This document shows positions 11,390 to 25,019 of a stretch of DNA of 64,000 nt, piece after piece. The notes under the pieces were generated by a model. The model was given only the letters and a program-made list of their open reading frames with translations, searched no databases and was not told where the DNA came from. Position 1 is the first letter of the stretch; every line of letters begins with the position of its first letter. The stretch comes from Eledone cirrhosa (lineage: Eukaryota), in the NCBI GenBank assembly GCA_964016885.1, contig OZ024741.1, positions 283,154,001 through 283,218,000 on the forward strand. The letters run 5' to 3'. A program made the translations under genes and the position numbers.

Positions 11390-12405
11390 AATCAATACAG
11401 CAATCTTGATAATGAAATTCCACTCAGGATTAGGAAAGCAAATGATGTTTTCAGAAAGCTAGAAAGGCGCCTCTGGGGGTCAGCAAGACATATGCAAGAA
11501 GACAAAGGTAAAAGTGTACAAGGCATGTGTGCTCTCTTCTATTCTTTATACCGTCAAGACCTGGGTCACATATCGACACCACCTTAAACATTTGGAACAT
11601 TTCTATCAGACAGATCCATGACGTTCACTGGAGGGACCACATCAGTGATGTTGAGATTTTGGAAAGCTCTCTGTGTGAAAGTATAGAAGCTCTTGTGCTT
11701 AAGCAAAGACTCCGATGGAGTGGTCACCTTGCCGGGATGAAGGATTCTAGAATACCAAAACAATTCTTTTATGGAGAGTTAGTTAAAGGAAAACGACCTC
11801 CACATAAACCAAAAAAGCGGTATAAGGATTCATTGAAAGCCTCCTTGAAAGACGCTAACATCTCTGCCGATACATGGGAAAGCATAGCTGTTGATTGTAA
11901 TAAATAGAGAAAGACTGTACATGAGGGGAAAGTTGCTTTTGAAGCATCTCGAATGGCATACGAGAAAGTAAAAAGAGATGTGAGGAAGGGCATTGCTGTT
12001 GCATTTCCAGACAGCGAAGGTCCTCCTATGGTGCTAACATGCAGCGTCTGTGTGAGACTCTGCCTCAGCAAAGCTGGACTCGAAAGTCATCTCCGCAGTC
12101 ATAAAGTGAGACCAGTGGTTGACTACCAGGCTGCTGTTCGAGATGCTACTCATCATACCTGTCAAGCATGTGGAAGAGAGTGTAGATCAGCAGGAGGGCT
12201 CAAAAGACATGCAAAAGTACATGAAATCCAGCCACAGCTGGCTATTGCTAGCGAATGTTTTGGTTGCCGACTCTGTGCAAGACATTTTAGATCATTGGCT
12301 GGGCTAAAAAGCCACATTTGATCGCAGCACCGTTAATTGTTAATATATATGTGTGTATATGTATGTGTGTGTATGTATGTGTATGTATATATATGTATGT
12401 ATGTG

Positions 12406-12454
<49 letters not shown>

Positions 12455-12517
12455 TATTTTATTTTTTTTTTTTATTCTTATAATGGCCATAGTCGATAAC
12501 GAGAGGGCAGCCATCAT
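11390..12517 (+). mobile_element. RTE-clade LINE 3' part with C-terminal C2H2 zinc fingers
   Basis: LRWSGHLAGMKDSRIPKQFFYGEL..GKR...KPKKRYKD; three C2H2-like fingers in 11953-12321; 3' terminus atggccatagtcgataacgagagggcagccatcat also present as an orphan copy at 11329-11365. Confidence 0.85.
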
Positions 12518-12780
12518 GTTTATATATATATGTATGTATGTATTCATGTATGTATACATGTATGTATGTATGTGTGTGTGTATAGAGTTGAGTAAGCATA
12601 CATCTGTGTGTGTGTGCGTGTGCATATATGCGCACACATGTTTATGCCTACACATACCCAGCCTGCTATGCCATCAATCAGAAAGCATTGGCACCTGCAC
12701 ACACATACACTCATACACATGACATACTTATGCACACAGACAATCACACAATAATCCTTCAAATACACTGACCTCTATGA

Positions 12781-12815
<35 letters not shown>

Positions 12816-12854
12816 TGTTTTTTTCCCTTCCATCTATACTCATCTCCCTCTATG

Positions 12855-13560
12855 GCATCTAGAATGTTGCCATAGGCACTCATGGCATTCTATTAACTGA
12901 CCAAAACAATCCTTGTTTTTATAGAGGGTTAGTAAAGGGAATGAGCTATGATGACCTAGGAACTAACCTTAGCATCGATGAAGACAAGAATGGGTGCTTT
13001 CTACAGCTTGTCTCCTTAGCAGAGCTGCATGCCTGGGTCAAATGCAGACCAAGAACAGGCACCTGGCATCTAGAATGCTACCAAACACTCAAGGGACTCT
13101 ACCAACTAGACAAGACAATCATCAGCCCCAAAACAATGCTCACTTGTTTTAGAGGGTTAGTGAAGTTAACCACTCTGCACATTGATGAGGATAATTTGAG
13201 AAGACTTTTCTGGAGGACATTCAGGTTGGAGACCATGGACAAAAGTCCTTGACCTAGCAGTGATATAGGGGAGCATTACCTTTCAAGACAAGCCCTACAG
13301 GCAATGAAGTCTCAACAGCTGGACCTGACTGAAACCAGCCTGCACACTATCAATCAGTATCTATGCATTTCAGATTTGTGGCTTTGTACCAAACACATGT
13401 TATCACATGTGAGATACATACAAATGGCAGCTGAATCTACAGTAGAAATTGAACCATCATTTTCCATTGATAAGGAAGGGTGCCAAGTTTTCCTTGGCAG
13501 CTTGGCTATAGTAAAAAAAAGAGATGAACTTGAAGAATTTACCTCATTACTGAACTGGCA
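12855..13560 (+). mobile_element. Old degenerate Tx1-type LINE 3' fragment
   Basis: FWRTFRLETMDK, ETSLH...C...DLW...HMLSHV similar to the 50-530 family. Confidence 0.7.
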
Positions 13561-13743
13561 CTTAATTTATTGACAAAAAAAAAAAAAATGAAAAGTTGAT
13601 CTCAACAGGATCTGTTCTAAGAAAACTGGAATGAATACTGTAAAGCATTCTTCTCAATCTTCTAACGACTCTGCCAATTTTCTGTTTGTTAAATCTTTAA
13701 TTACTCAAAGTAAACTAATAAAAATATTGTTTTCTAATTACAG

Positions 13744-13887
13744 TTTGTTCTGATATCTTCAAAATGACGAATGAAGATGAAGTATTTGAGCAACTTGCAA
13801 TTTATGGGTGGGAAAAAGTTCGTTGCATCGCTGGATATAACTTTAACATGACAACATGTTCTTGCTCTGATAAAGTTGGACTATATA
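13744..13887 (+). CDS. Pif/LamG3-like gene, exon 3: 4-Cys CBD-like module
   Basis: Acceptor tttctaattacag; 144 nt, phase 1-1 using donor A|gtaatg (weaker donor, chosen for frame compatibility); VCSDIFKMTNEDEVFEQLAIYGWEKVRCIAGYNFNMTTCSCSDKVGLY. Confidence 0.82.
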
Positions 13888-14264
13888 GTAATGTATTCTA
13901 TTTTAATATTGCATATTACAAACCTGTGAATGACAGAAATATTCAATTTTATTTATACTTTCTTAGGAATAGAATATGAAGGCATATACAATATGTTTTT
14001 TTATGTATAATAAACATAGAAGAGTCTTGCTATGAATGTTTTAAGTTGTGATCATGTTGCAGCTAACTCAGTAGCTGTGTGAGAACATCAGACATGTATT
14101 TCTGAACTTTTATGTCATCAGTGGTGTTTACCCATCATATTTACATAATTTGTCTTCCACACCCTACATGCTTTTTTCTTGCATGCCTTCTTCATAGTTT
14201 CGTGTTTTATATGTATGAATGATGATAGTATGTCTACAGTGACCAATAAAATACATTATTAGAT

Positions 14265-14447
14265 AACATGCTTCACAGCATAAATTTATGACCCTTTACG
14301 TTCTGAGTTCAAATCCCACTGAGGTTGTTAGCTTTGCCTTTCAACCTTATGGGGTTGATAAAGACCCAGTAATGCACTGAGGTCGATTTAATCAACTTTC
14401 CTTTCCCCTCATTGTACCTATAGTAGAAATCATTATTATTATTATTA
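14265..14447 (+). mobile_element. SINE family A, degenerate
   Basis: gagttcaaatccc...ctttgcctttca...ggggttgataaa. Confidence 0.75.
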
Positions 14448-14449
14448 TC

Positions 14450-15280
14450 CACGTTGGCATATGTAGACGATGTCACTATGGTGGTGTCGAGCATCAAGCC
14501 CATTGAGGTGATCAGCATTGCTCTAAGAGAGGATGAAGAGGTGATAGGTGCAAGCCAGTATAAGTCAGTTGCCCTGTGGCTCAGCACCTAGAGAGGTAGG
14601 TCCTTACTATCCAACAGCATCGTCAGGTTAAATTGCCTGGGGTTTAGTTTGGTCCAGACTTCCAGATGGACAAAAATTGGGGTAAGGTAATGAGGAGGGT
14701 GGCTACTCTCACCTAGAGAGGAAGTTTTCCCTGAAACTTTGGGAGGAAGTGTGAATACATATAGTGCCTCTATCAGCAACTACAGCCTGAAACACATGCC
14801 TTTCAATGGTTAGATGGTTCATCTGCTGTCATCCACACACTATGTGGAGGACTGGGCATGCTGTGGCTTATGATGTGGAAACATGCACTGAGGCAACGAC
14901 AACTCCAGCTCTTCCTTAATGGTGAACAAGTGAGGTCACTGTTCACCAGATGTGTTTAACCACCTCATCTCCTTGATGGAGCTGCAGTTCTGGGTCAAGC
15001 AAAGACCAAGAGAGAGGACTTAGAAATTGAAATGTTTTCAAGTGTTCACAGCCTTCTACCAGTTGAGCACTGCAATTGGTGGAAAAGCTATTTTGGTTTT
15101 CTGTAGAGGGTTATTGGTGGGAAAAAGTAACAACATTCTTGAGGAAAATTTAGGCATTGACAAAGATTAACTAGCCCCTGTTTTCCAGGATCAATAGAAA
15201 ACTTCCAGAAATGCCTGCTTAGCAGTGTTACTGGGGAGCATTGCAAGTTTGGGATAAACTCTACAGATATGAAAGTGTTA
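14450..15280 (+). mobile_element. Old degenerate Tx1-type LINE (RT end to zf-RVT)
   Basis: gcatatgtagacgatgtcact (YVDD), tttggtccagacttccagatggacaaaaattgg similar to reverse complement of 31590-31830. Confidence 0.75.
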
Positions 15281-15355
15281 CGTCAATACTCATCTTTTTC
15301 CATTTCTTAGAGGGTTCTAAACCCACTATCAGGTTAAAATTTCTTTAGTCAAAAA

Positions 15356-15462
<107 letters not shown>

Positions 15463-15796
15463 AGGTATTGTTGTTATTGTTATAGTCTCGACATGTGTTG
15501 CATATCACAGCATAAGTTTGTTGCTTTTTCAAATTCTTTAAAAGTTCTTTTATTTTATATTGTTTTGTGTCAAACCAGCCAGCTCCAAAATGAACTAGCT
15601 GGTTACCCATTATCTGTAGCCCTTAAGGGCTAAATTAGCATTTATTTCAAAATTGAAACATGAAAATTTAACTTTAAAAAACATGGCAGATGAACTAATG
15701 CCATCAGCAGAATGGAATGGCAAGCTGTTCACATAATGTTCCTGCAACAGACACAACCAATCACTGGAGTGTCACTCTAGATGCTTGTGTAGTCAG

Positions 15797-16050
15797 CCAT
15801 CATCACTGGTCTCTATTTCCGTTTGCGCATAGAAGAGTCATTAATATTGTTGGGCCAGGATTTTCTTTATCTGCCTCTTCTTCACCCTCCCTCTACTGTG
15901 CACTCAAGGATGGTTTTAGGCAAGAAGTGGTGACCAGATACATGACCATATCAGACAAGCTTCCATCTTTTCACCATTGCCGAGAGTGGTTCCTGTCTGC
16001 CAGCATATCTGTTAATTTGCTGCCTGACAAGGCTGTTTGTTTTGTGCTCC
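15797..16050 (-). mobile_element. RTE-clade LINE 3' fragment
   Basis: Reverse complement encodes KL..YGHV..H..LPKTIL...VEG. Confidence 0.65.
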
Positions 16051-16174
16051 AAAGGCTGCTACACAATGTAACAACCCAAGTCAAAACTCAATGCCTTCAG
16101 AACACAACAACAAAACATGCAGGTAAATGATGGATACCAATGTGACTTTTTGTATAGAACAAAACTAACAATGA

Positions 16175-16175
<1 letters not shown>

Positions 16176-16211
<36 letters not shown>

Positions 16212-16243
16212 GCTGCTGCTCCTGCTGCTGCTGCTGCTGCTGC
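16176..16243. repeat. (CTA)n(CTG)n microsatellite just upstream of exon 4
   Basis: Direct reading. Confidence 0.95.
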
Positions 16244-16301
16244 CAGTACAACAAAAACACTCTAACTCAAATATTTGTCTTGTTTTCTTTTTCAAATTTA
16301 G

Positions 16302-16439
16302 ATTGTCCCACTGATTACAATTTCGGCGGAGTAATTAAGAACCAATACTCCAAAAAGAAGAATGGCATTTGGGTTCCACACACATGTGCACCTTACAATG
16401 AATATAATAATAACAACTGCAAGTGTGAGAAGATTCCAT
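16302..16439 (+). CDS. Pif/LamG3-like gene, exon 4: 4-Cys CBD-like module
   Basis: Acceptor ttttcaaatttag, donor T|gtaagt; 138 nt, phase 1-1; NCPTDYNFGGVIKNQYSKKKNGIWVPHTCAPYNEYNNNNCKCEKIP. Not in ORF track. Confidence 0.88.
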
Positions 16440-17409
16440 GTAAGTAACATTGATGGTTTTCATCTTCATTAGAGGAAGACAGAAAATTGGTAGAGTGTTT
16501 ACAACATCCTATAGAAGGCTTTGTAGTATTCATTTTGGCTTTCTGCATTTTCAGAGTTCAAATTTTTCTTAGCCTTTCAACCTTTTGAGGCCGATAAAAA
16601 AATATCAGTCCTGTACTGTGCTCGAGTCTTCCTCTATATTGCTTTCTCACTTCTCTCTTGCACTTTCTCCTCCTTTCCTTCTCTCTTTCTCCCTCACTCT
16701 CGCGCTCTCTTCTTCTTTTTCTCCTCTGGAAGAAATTGGATGTGGTCAGATCTGGAGAGGAAATGAGCTCAGCTAGGTTTAAAATACCCAGGAGATTCTG
16801 TATGTCATGATGGCACTACGACTCCATCAGAAGTTACAGGTCTACACATACATACACCATTAGCAGATAAGAATGTAAAACTTGAATAGGGAGTAAAACT
16901 TGAATTGTGAAATATAGTAACCACTCTTTTCTCCCCTTGTATAGCAGTAGTTGCAGCAAAAGGAAAAGCATATCTACAATTTAATGTAGTTTATAATACT
17001 GAGATTGAACCCTCATAATTTTTACTCTCTGCATTCACCTACTTCAAAATCTGGTGATCCCTGAACTCATTATGTAGCATATCAACTAACCAATGAAAGC
17101 TTCTCCAAGCAAAATCTTCAAATTCCACTACTGTCCTGAAAAAGGAAACAATACACTGGATAATGTGGTTTACTGTCTGAAAAAATAAAAGACAGTTGAA
17201 TAGTATTATTCATATATTTACTTGACAGGGACCTTAAACAACAAGAGTGACAACAGTAAATCAACAGCAATGTATGAGCTACTATGCAGTCATTCGATCT
17301 ATTAGAAAATTATGTTAAATCTTTCCAAAATCATACCCTACTGTCTTTAAAAAATGATATTAGTTACTGTAGTCATGGATAAATATTGTCTTTGATTCTG
17401 TGCTGGAAG

Positions 17410-18950
17410 ACAAGGAAGACTCCTTGTTGCACTGAAGAGGTCAAAAATGCTATTCGAGCTTGGTTTGAAAATAAGTCCTCCTTCTTGCATTAGCGGTACA
17501 AGCAGGCATGAACAATTGCAGCAGAGACAGTAAAAGCATCCTAAGTTAAGTCATGGGAGAACTCTGGGGTTAAGCTGGAATCTGACTTCAGATCAGCAAA
17601 TAAAGTGTTCTGGCAGACCATCTGCTGACTTCATGATAAGCTCTTCTCCACACCTGCTATCAAGAATGCACCTGGGCTTATCCTCTTCAGAGAGGTGCAT
17701 CCTTGTGAGGTGGAGAGAATACTTTACTGATCTCCTAAACCTGATCACAACAGCATCTTTGAAGGTACACAAGGTGCATCTGGGACTGGTGACTAATCTT
17801 AGAGGCTGAGTCACAAGAGCAGTTAAAGAGCTCAAATGTGGCAAAGCTGCTGGGGAAAATGAAATCCAACCCGAGATGTTAAAAGCCTTAAATAGAGAAG
17901 GTATTCTCTGGCTGACTTGTGTGTGCCAGGTGGCCTGAATATCGGGAGAGGCACATAAGCAATTGGTAATTGGGAGTGATAATCCCAATTTTCAAAAAGG
18001 GAGACAAGAGAGATTGTTGCAATTACAGGGAAATCTCCTTGTTAAGCCTCCTCAGTAAAGTCTATGCTAAGTGTCTGGCAAAGAGACAAAGGGAGATTAT
18101 TGAGTCCAAACTAGCTGATGAACAGTGTGAATTTCGCCCCAGATGCAGCACAGCCAGCCAAATATTCCCACTGTGGCAGGTATTCGACAAATGGTGGGAG
18201 TATTGCCAAGAAGCATATTCTTGTTTTGTCGACCTTGAGAAGGCATATGATCGCATTCCTCAGGACCTGCTGTGGAAGGCTGTGCAGGAGTATGGGATTG
18301 ATGGTCAGCTTCTTGCAACACTGATGTCTCTATATGAATGCCTAAATATTTGTGTGCAGATAAATGGTGCTAAATTGAAATCATTCAATGTGGGAGTCAG
18401 ACTCTGCCAAGGGTTCGTACTGTCACCTCTCCTGTTCATTATTTACATCAACAGGATTGACATGTGCAGCCGGGTTGGAAGTGATATCACAACTGGTGGA
18501 TGGAAAATCAGTCGGCTGGAATTTGCAGATGATATGGCATTACTTAACTCAACAGAAAATGATCTTCGGCTCACACTTGATAGGTTTGATGCCGAGTGCT
18601 GCATGGCTGGAATGAAAATCAGTGGTGCATAAACTGAGACATATGTTCTCTCAAAGAAGCTTGCACAGTGCACTCTACATGTAAATGGAGTTCCACTGAA
18701 GCAGGTAGAGAAGTACAAGTCTCCCGTGGCCATGTTCACGAGTGAGGGAAGGCAGGAGGCTGAATTAAGTGCAAGAATTGCAAAAGTTGATGCAGTAATG
18801 CGCCAGCTTCAGCGTTGAGTAATCAGAAGAAGGAAGGTAGGCATAAAAGCCAAACTTGCTATCTTCAGTTTGGTTTTCTTGCCAACCCTTACCTATGGTC
18901 ATGAATCCTGGGTAATGACCAAAAGAATATGATTGTGATATTATGGACAT
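17410..18950 (+). mobile_element. RTE-clade LINE, reverse transcriptase region, degenerate
   Basis: IIPIFKKGD..C.NYR.ISLLS, FVDLEKAYDR, QG.VLSPLLF, FADD. Confidence 0.9.
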
Positions 18951-19124
18951 GTGGTTAGAATGTCTCTAAGATATAGTCACTACTTAAATGCATTTATCAT
19001 AGGTTTGCTTTATCATTACACACATGGTATTATTGGTAACTTCTCTGTTTATAATATTTACTGTATTTCTATGTGCAAGCCCTCGTGGCTAATAAAGAAA
19101 TCATTATCATTATTCTCAGGGCAA

Positions 19125-19307
19125 TGGATTTTCAGCATATAGTTACATCCCTTTACGCTTTGAGTTCAAATCCCACTAAGGTTATCTTTGCCTTTCACCC
19201 TTACGGGCTTGATAAAATAAACTACAAGTAATGCACAGGGATCAATTTAATTGACTTTCCCCTACCCAACAACTGTTGGCTTTGTGCCTAAATCAGAAAT
19301 CATTATT
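19125..19307 (+). mobile_element. SINE family A, partial
   Basis: B box and core present. Confidence 0.75.
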
Positions 19308-19762
19308 CTCAGAGCCAATACACATACTACATCACATATGTACTTTAGTAATGCATACCTCAGATGTACTTTACTGATTTGTACCCCTAGTATGCCTATT
19401 GAACTCATCACAACAATCCAAAAAATAATTGCCAAATTTATATTGTGGCTATCCTATGAACTTATGTGTTGGTCATTAACCTGATTCTTTACTGCCAGTT
19501 ATTCAATTAGCTGGGCACCAGGAATATCTGCGGCTAAACTTTTTCTCTCTCTTGCTTTATATATAAGAGAGGTGTTAGTTGGGTGTTGATCATGTTCTAC
19601 AATGTCATATGTGTTGATGTGTGATTGAATTTGGGGAAAACAATAAGGACCAACAAAGAGATAAACTACTAATTATCTATTTATTTATCAATGGAATGCA
19701 ACAAAACCATATTACATCATATTAATCTACAGGGTTCACAGAAAATATAATTATAAACACAA

Positions 19763-20515
19763 AAGACTGTATGATGCGTGTATACGAACAGCAATGTTAC
19801 ATGGTAGTGAGACCTGGGCGCTGTCTGTAGAAGACTTGCATAGATTAGAAAGAAACGAAGCCTGCATGCTCCGATGGATGTGTAACAGTAATATACGTGA
19901 ATGCCAAAGCGTAAACAAATTGAGGGAGAGACTGAGCATAAGAGGAATCAAATGCTGTGTGCAGGAGAAGAGGTTGCATTGGCATGGACATGTTATGCAT
20001 ATGAAGGATGACAGCTGCATAAAAAGGTGCAGAGCACTAAAAGTCGATGGAAACTGCCGCGGAATGGGGAGACCTAAGAAGACCTGGGATGAGTTGATAA
20101 AAGCCGACCTTACCCAATTACACCTCTCAAAGGCGATGACACACGACCATGACCTCTGGTGTCACGCAGTAATTTAGAAGACCTGACCCCCCCATGGGTA
20201 CAAGCCGAAGCTGAAGCATATATACAATATGACCCCACCTCCTCCCACTGCAAAGTGGTCATGGAGGTGCCACAGCAAAAAAGTACCCAGCCCACACTGT
20301 AAAGTGGATGTGTAGGCGCCACAGAAAAAAAACGCCCAGCACTCACTGTAAATGAGGTTGGTGTTAGGAAGGGCATCCAGCTGTAGAAATCAAGCTAGAA
20401 TCAATTCCCATATCAGCAAGACATGGTCGGCCGACCGGCTACGGCCCACAACAGGACAACCCGTCTAACCCATGCTAGCGTGGAAGAATGGACGTAAAAC
20501 GGTGATGATGATGAA
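19763..20515 (+). mobile_element. RTE/BovB-like LINE 3' end
   Basis: MLHGSETWA...MLRWMC...RLHWHGHVM...GRPKKTW then 3' UTR and (GAT)n tail. Confidence 0.9.
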
Positions 20516-21267
20516 AGAGAGTATTTTGTTATACAGTGGTATTTGTAAATGAGCAAGATTAAATGCCTGTGTTTGGCTGCCCTGTTCAGCTACTGGTAGC
20601 AGCCCTAAGTCACCATTATGTGCTCTTGTTAGGCAGAAAAGAGAAGAGACAGTGAATGTGTGAATTCGGAGATGCAGGCATTGGCCTGGCTGTCAGAAGT
20701 CAGTGAGGGCAGCCAAGAGATTAATATACTTCTAGGTATCATGATAGCTATTTTTGACGATGATATTAGAGCTGTTTCTGCATTTTTGGATTCCAACATT
20801 TCAGATTTTAAATCGTCTAAATATTTCAATAAATCATAAGATTTGTTTATTTGTAACTCTAGCCACAAAGCTGTTATTTATAGCTTCTAATTTGGACAGC
20901 AATTATTGTTAGTTGCCATTTGGCATATTGGCAATGCGTTGGAATTCAAGAGACATGGGGTTTGATTCTCTGGAGTGGCTGCTGTCTATTTTGTTTTCTG
21001 TCCTTAAGGGTATTCTACCCGAATTTCTAAAGCTATTAGTTTTCTGCATTGGAATTTTAATATTTTAAATTTCAAATCATCTAAATATTTCAATAAATCA
21101 TTAGATTTATATATTTGCAAAATGGGAAGCAATGTCTCTAATAGTTTGAATATTTACTTGGAATAACTTTCGTATTACATTTTTTATGAAGATTATTTTT
21201 CTATGTTGTTTATATTGCTTATGCAATTTATGTAATTTATCTATTCCCTTTCTTTTTCTGTTTTTAG

Positions 21268-21632
21268 CCAAACTCAGTTGTTCGCCAATAAATATGCCAC
21301 TACAAAACAATATGAAGGATATCTATCATACATATATTTTTAATCAAAATGTTTATATTCAAAACAATGCTGCTTACTTCAATGGTTCCGCTTATTTGGT
21401 TCTTTCAAGCACATCAAACAATGAGTTACAGGATGAAGTTGATGTCCGTCTACAATTTAAACTAACACAAGCCAAAGTTGGTAGCACAGTTGCACTATTT
21501 GGTAATGCAAGATGCTCATATAATCATACATTTGCCATTTATATTGAGAATGCATTATTGGCTTCTCAAAGTTTGGTGGTTGAAATGGTGATTAATAAAA
21601 CTAGAAATGTTGAGAGAATTCAAACCGTACTG
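21268..21632 (+). CDS. Pif/LamG3-like gene, exon 5: N-terminal part of laminin G / concanavalin A-like domain
   Basis: Acceptor ttctgtttttag, donor CTG|gtaaga; 365 nt, phase 1-0; contains AAYFNGSAYL, VRLQFK and ALFGNARC motifs typical of the Pif-family C-terminal LamG domain. Confidence 0.9.
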
Positions 21633-22704
21633 GTAAGATGCATTTAATTTAGTTTATCTATTCATTTTTTTTTTATTAAACATTTCTTCTTCTTCTTTTT
21701 CATCCCCTCCTCCTCCTCCTCCTCCCACCACCACCATACCACCACCACTGTATTTGAATTAATCAATGAAGAATTTGGATGATAGTATCAGTAAAGTACT
21801 GGACAAAATATTTTGTGGAAAAAAAAACTTTTTATGTTCTGACTTCAAATCTCACCTAGATGGACTTTGCTTTTCATTCACCCTTTTGGGATTGATAAAA
21901 TAAAGTACCACTTAAGTCAATATAATCTACTTACCCTTTCCTCAAATTGCTAGCCTTGTGCAGATGTTAGAAAGAATTATTAAGATGGTATTTATTATAT
22001 AATTTAACAAAATGTTCTTATGTCAAATTACATGGGAAATTTAAAAAGGTACCCTTTAAAATGAGTGGTTTTGTTTCACAGGAGCAGAGGTGGTTTGGGG
22101 TAGTTTTCTATCAAAAGGGTCAAAAGCGTTATTTCACCTTTAGAAAATACTATTTCTAAAATTAGGGTTTTTCAGTTTCTTTTTAAAGCCAGAAATGCTC
22201 TGGGATTTCTTAACTAATAGCAGATAGTAAATTGTGTTTAAACAGCTAATGGCAGAGTATTTAGTGATAGCTAATGGTGTTTTTTCATATTTTGGAGCTA
22301 TAACGGCAATGTCAAATCTGTCTTAGTGTGTGGCTCTGAATGCTTGCAAATGATAAAAGGAGACACAGATATGGGAAAGCAGCCGAGGAAAACCTACCAC
22401 ATCTTCCAGCCCAACAAAACTAATTGCAGTAATATGAGCCTTAAAGGGTGGTGAACTGGTAGAATTAGTAAAGCATTGATTAAAATGTCATTGTGGTATT
22501 CATTCCGGCTTTTTACATTCAATGTTCAATTGGGTCAATTTGGCCTTTCATCCTTCCGAGGTCAATAAAATAAAGGGACAGTGGGGGTTTACAATGAGGT
22601 GGAGTAAAAGTGCACAATGGCAAGACTAATTTAACAATGAAAATATAAAAATATAAATAATAATAATAATAATAATCCCAGCATCATAATAATAATTACT
22701 ATTA

Positions 22705-24580
22705 TTATTGTCTCAAGTTTTAACAAAATGTTTAATTCCAATATTAAGAAAATATGTCAACACATATATTAAACATACGCGACACAAACGCATAGATACT
22801 AGAGATCAAACAAAACTACAGTCTATTCAACAAAACTCAGTAACGACAACGCCACCGCCGCCACCACTCCATCCATCATTGCTACCACTATCCCATCACC
22901 GCCGCCACCACTCCTTCATTGCTACCACCACTATTCCCCATTACCTTCTGTTAACTTAAGAAAGAGGAAGGTGGCGGTATCACTAGACAAGGGAGAGGCT
23001 AGCAAAAGATATAAATAGATTGACTTAGTGACCCGGCCACCGGCCAAACGTCAACAACTATGGCACTGCTGGCTCCCCCTTCCCCACCAACAATATAAAA
23101 AGCCCCAGCACCACCACCGACAGACTGGGGTCGAAAAATCAGCTAATGGTTCAAACCTTCCCATCACTTCGGAACTGGAGACCTCCCATAACCGGAATAC
23201 TCCTACTGTTGGCCCTCCATGCTCACCACCAAGAAATCCAAAGAAAAAGAGAGGAAAATGGTCAAGGGAAGATAATAAAGAAGTCCTTGCGGCTTTCTAC
23301 ACTGCCATGTACTACCCATCAAATACATCGAATACAGAACAGACATATATCAACTGGAAAAAGAAACATCCCGAAAACAGAGGCTATATTGACAGTAACA
23401 AACTAGCCAATATACGAAAAAATATTGTAAAAAAAAAGTTACTAACTGATATAGAAATTGATCAGATCAAGCTATTAGCACAAAGTCAGCGAAGGGAAAA
23501 TGAAACATGTGTCAGTGAAAACGAGGTAAATTGTAACACTTCGAATCCCAGGGTTGGGGCGGAATCACTGACAACAGAACAAATTAAAGAAAGGATCGAA
23601 AAAGTGGAGGGAGTGCATGCTCAAGATGAAACTCCAAATGAAAACAATGAGATCGTAAATGATAAAGAAATGAATGAGAATAAACTTGCCAACTTGAAGG
23701 ATGAAATTATGATCGAATGGATGAAAATGAAAGAATCTGACATGGGGGAACGAGACACCCTCCCTAAGATCCAGAACTCCAAACAGAACCAAAAGATAAT
23801 ACACAAGACTAACATCAAAAACATTATCATCACAAACAAACTAAACATTACTGATTTAAATCATCTCTATTATGCATCGGCTAAAGTCACCACTCACTTA
23901 TGTGGAGTGAAGATGAAAAAACAAAGGAATTCCCACAAGAAATCTACTTGGCAAAAGAACATCAATCGCCAAATAAACCTTCTCCGATCTGACATAGAAA
24001 TTTTAAAAAACTATAAAGTAGGTGAACATGTTAAACAAACTAAACTTAGAAAATTGAAAAGAAAGTACAGTATAAAACCAACAAGTGACATGGGCATGCT
24101 GATAGAAATAATCAAGCAAAAAGTGTCGGCCAAAGCTGCTCGTATAAGGAAGGCGCTTTGAAAAACGATCTAGATTCTATAAGGACAATAATATGTTCAA
24201 AACCAACCAAAGAAACTTCTACAGAAAAATTGGTAAGTCAACAATAACTGCTAAATCAATACCACCCAAGGAGGAACTGCAAGAATTCTGGGAAAAGATC
24301 TGGGCCGAAGAAAAAGTTCATAATATACATGCCCCATGGATAGACAGACAAATGAAAGATATAGCTCACCTTGAAGAACAAATATGGGAAAATATAACAG
24401 TTGAACAGTTGCGTTTGGCTCTAAGAAAAACCAGCAAATGGAAATCCCCAGGAAAAGACAAAATACAAAATTTTTGGATAAATGCCTTCACAGAGTCTCA
24501 TGAGCTGTTAGCCCAACTTTACAATGAAATAGTTAAGGAGCCAGAAAAGATACCATCATGGCTAGTTAACGGCATTACAT
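22705..24580 (+). mobile_element. Dong/R4-type non-LTR retrotransposon, 5' half
   Basis: 377-aa open N-terminal region (RGKWSREDNKEV..FY, KLANIR, LYYASA) followed by FKTNQRNFYR, FWEKIW, WKSPGKDKIQNFW; begins in an (AAT)n tract. Confidence 0.88.
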
Positions 24581-25010
24581 CAGTTCCTTGTTGGCCCTTC
24601 TGACGAGCACGAAGTTTTGTTGGTGTGATTTTATTTGTTTGCGTGGCTGTGGTGGTGATGGTTTTGGTGGTGTTGTTTCGGTTGTGTCTGTGTTTGTTGT
24701 GAGTGCGGTGTCTGTGGTTTCAGATGTTTGTGTGTATATTTGTTCTTGCGTCTGTTTAGGTTGTTTGCGTTTGGGGGATGATGGTGATGGTGATGTTGAT
24801 GTTGGTGTTATTGGAGAGATGTTTGCGTGGGTGCTGTCTGCGTTTTTTTATTGTGGGTGATTTTGTGCTTTGTTGAGTTTTTTTTTCTTTTTTGTATTTT
24901 GGAGGATTTTGGTTTTCCCTCATCTTCACTACTGGTAGATGAGGGGTCTGTGTCTGTAAGTGTGTCTGTATGTATATTTATGGTTTTATTGGTGTGTGTA
25001 TTGTGGGTAT
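24581..25010 (-). mobile_element. Tx1-type ORF1 low-complexity fragment (second subfamily)
   Basis: Thr/Gln/Lys-rich reverse frame ending RRANKEL, matching NMANKEL in the ORF1 region at 28115-28489. Confidence 0.55.
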
Positions 25011-25019
25011 GGTGCGGTG

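Noticed and set aside
23028-24161. 377-aa ORF as a host gene
   Set aside because: N-terminal part of a Dong/R4 retrotransposon ORF, directly continued by RT-proximal motifs
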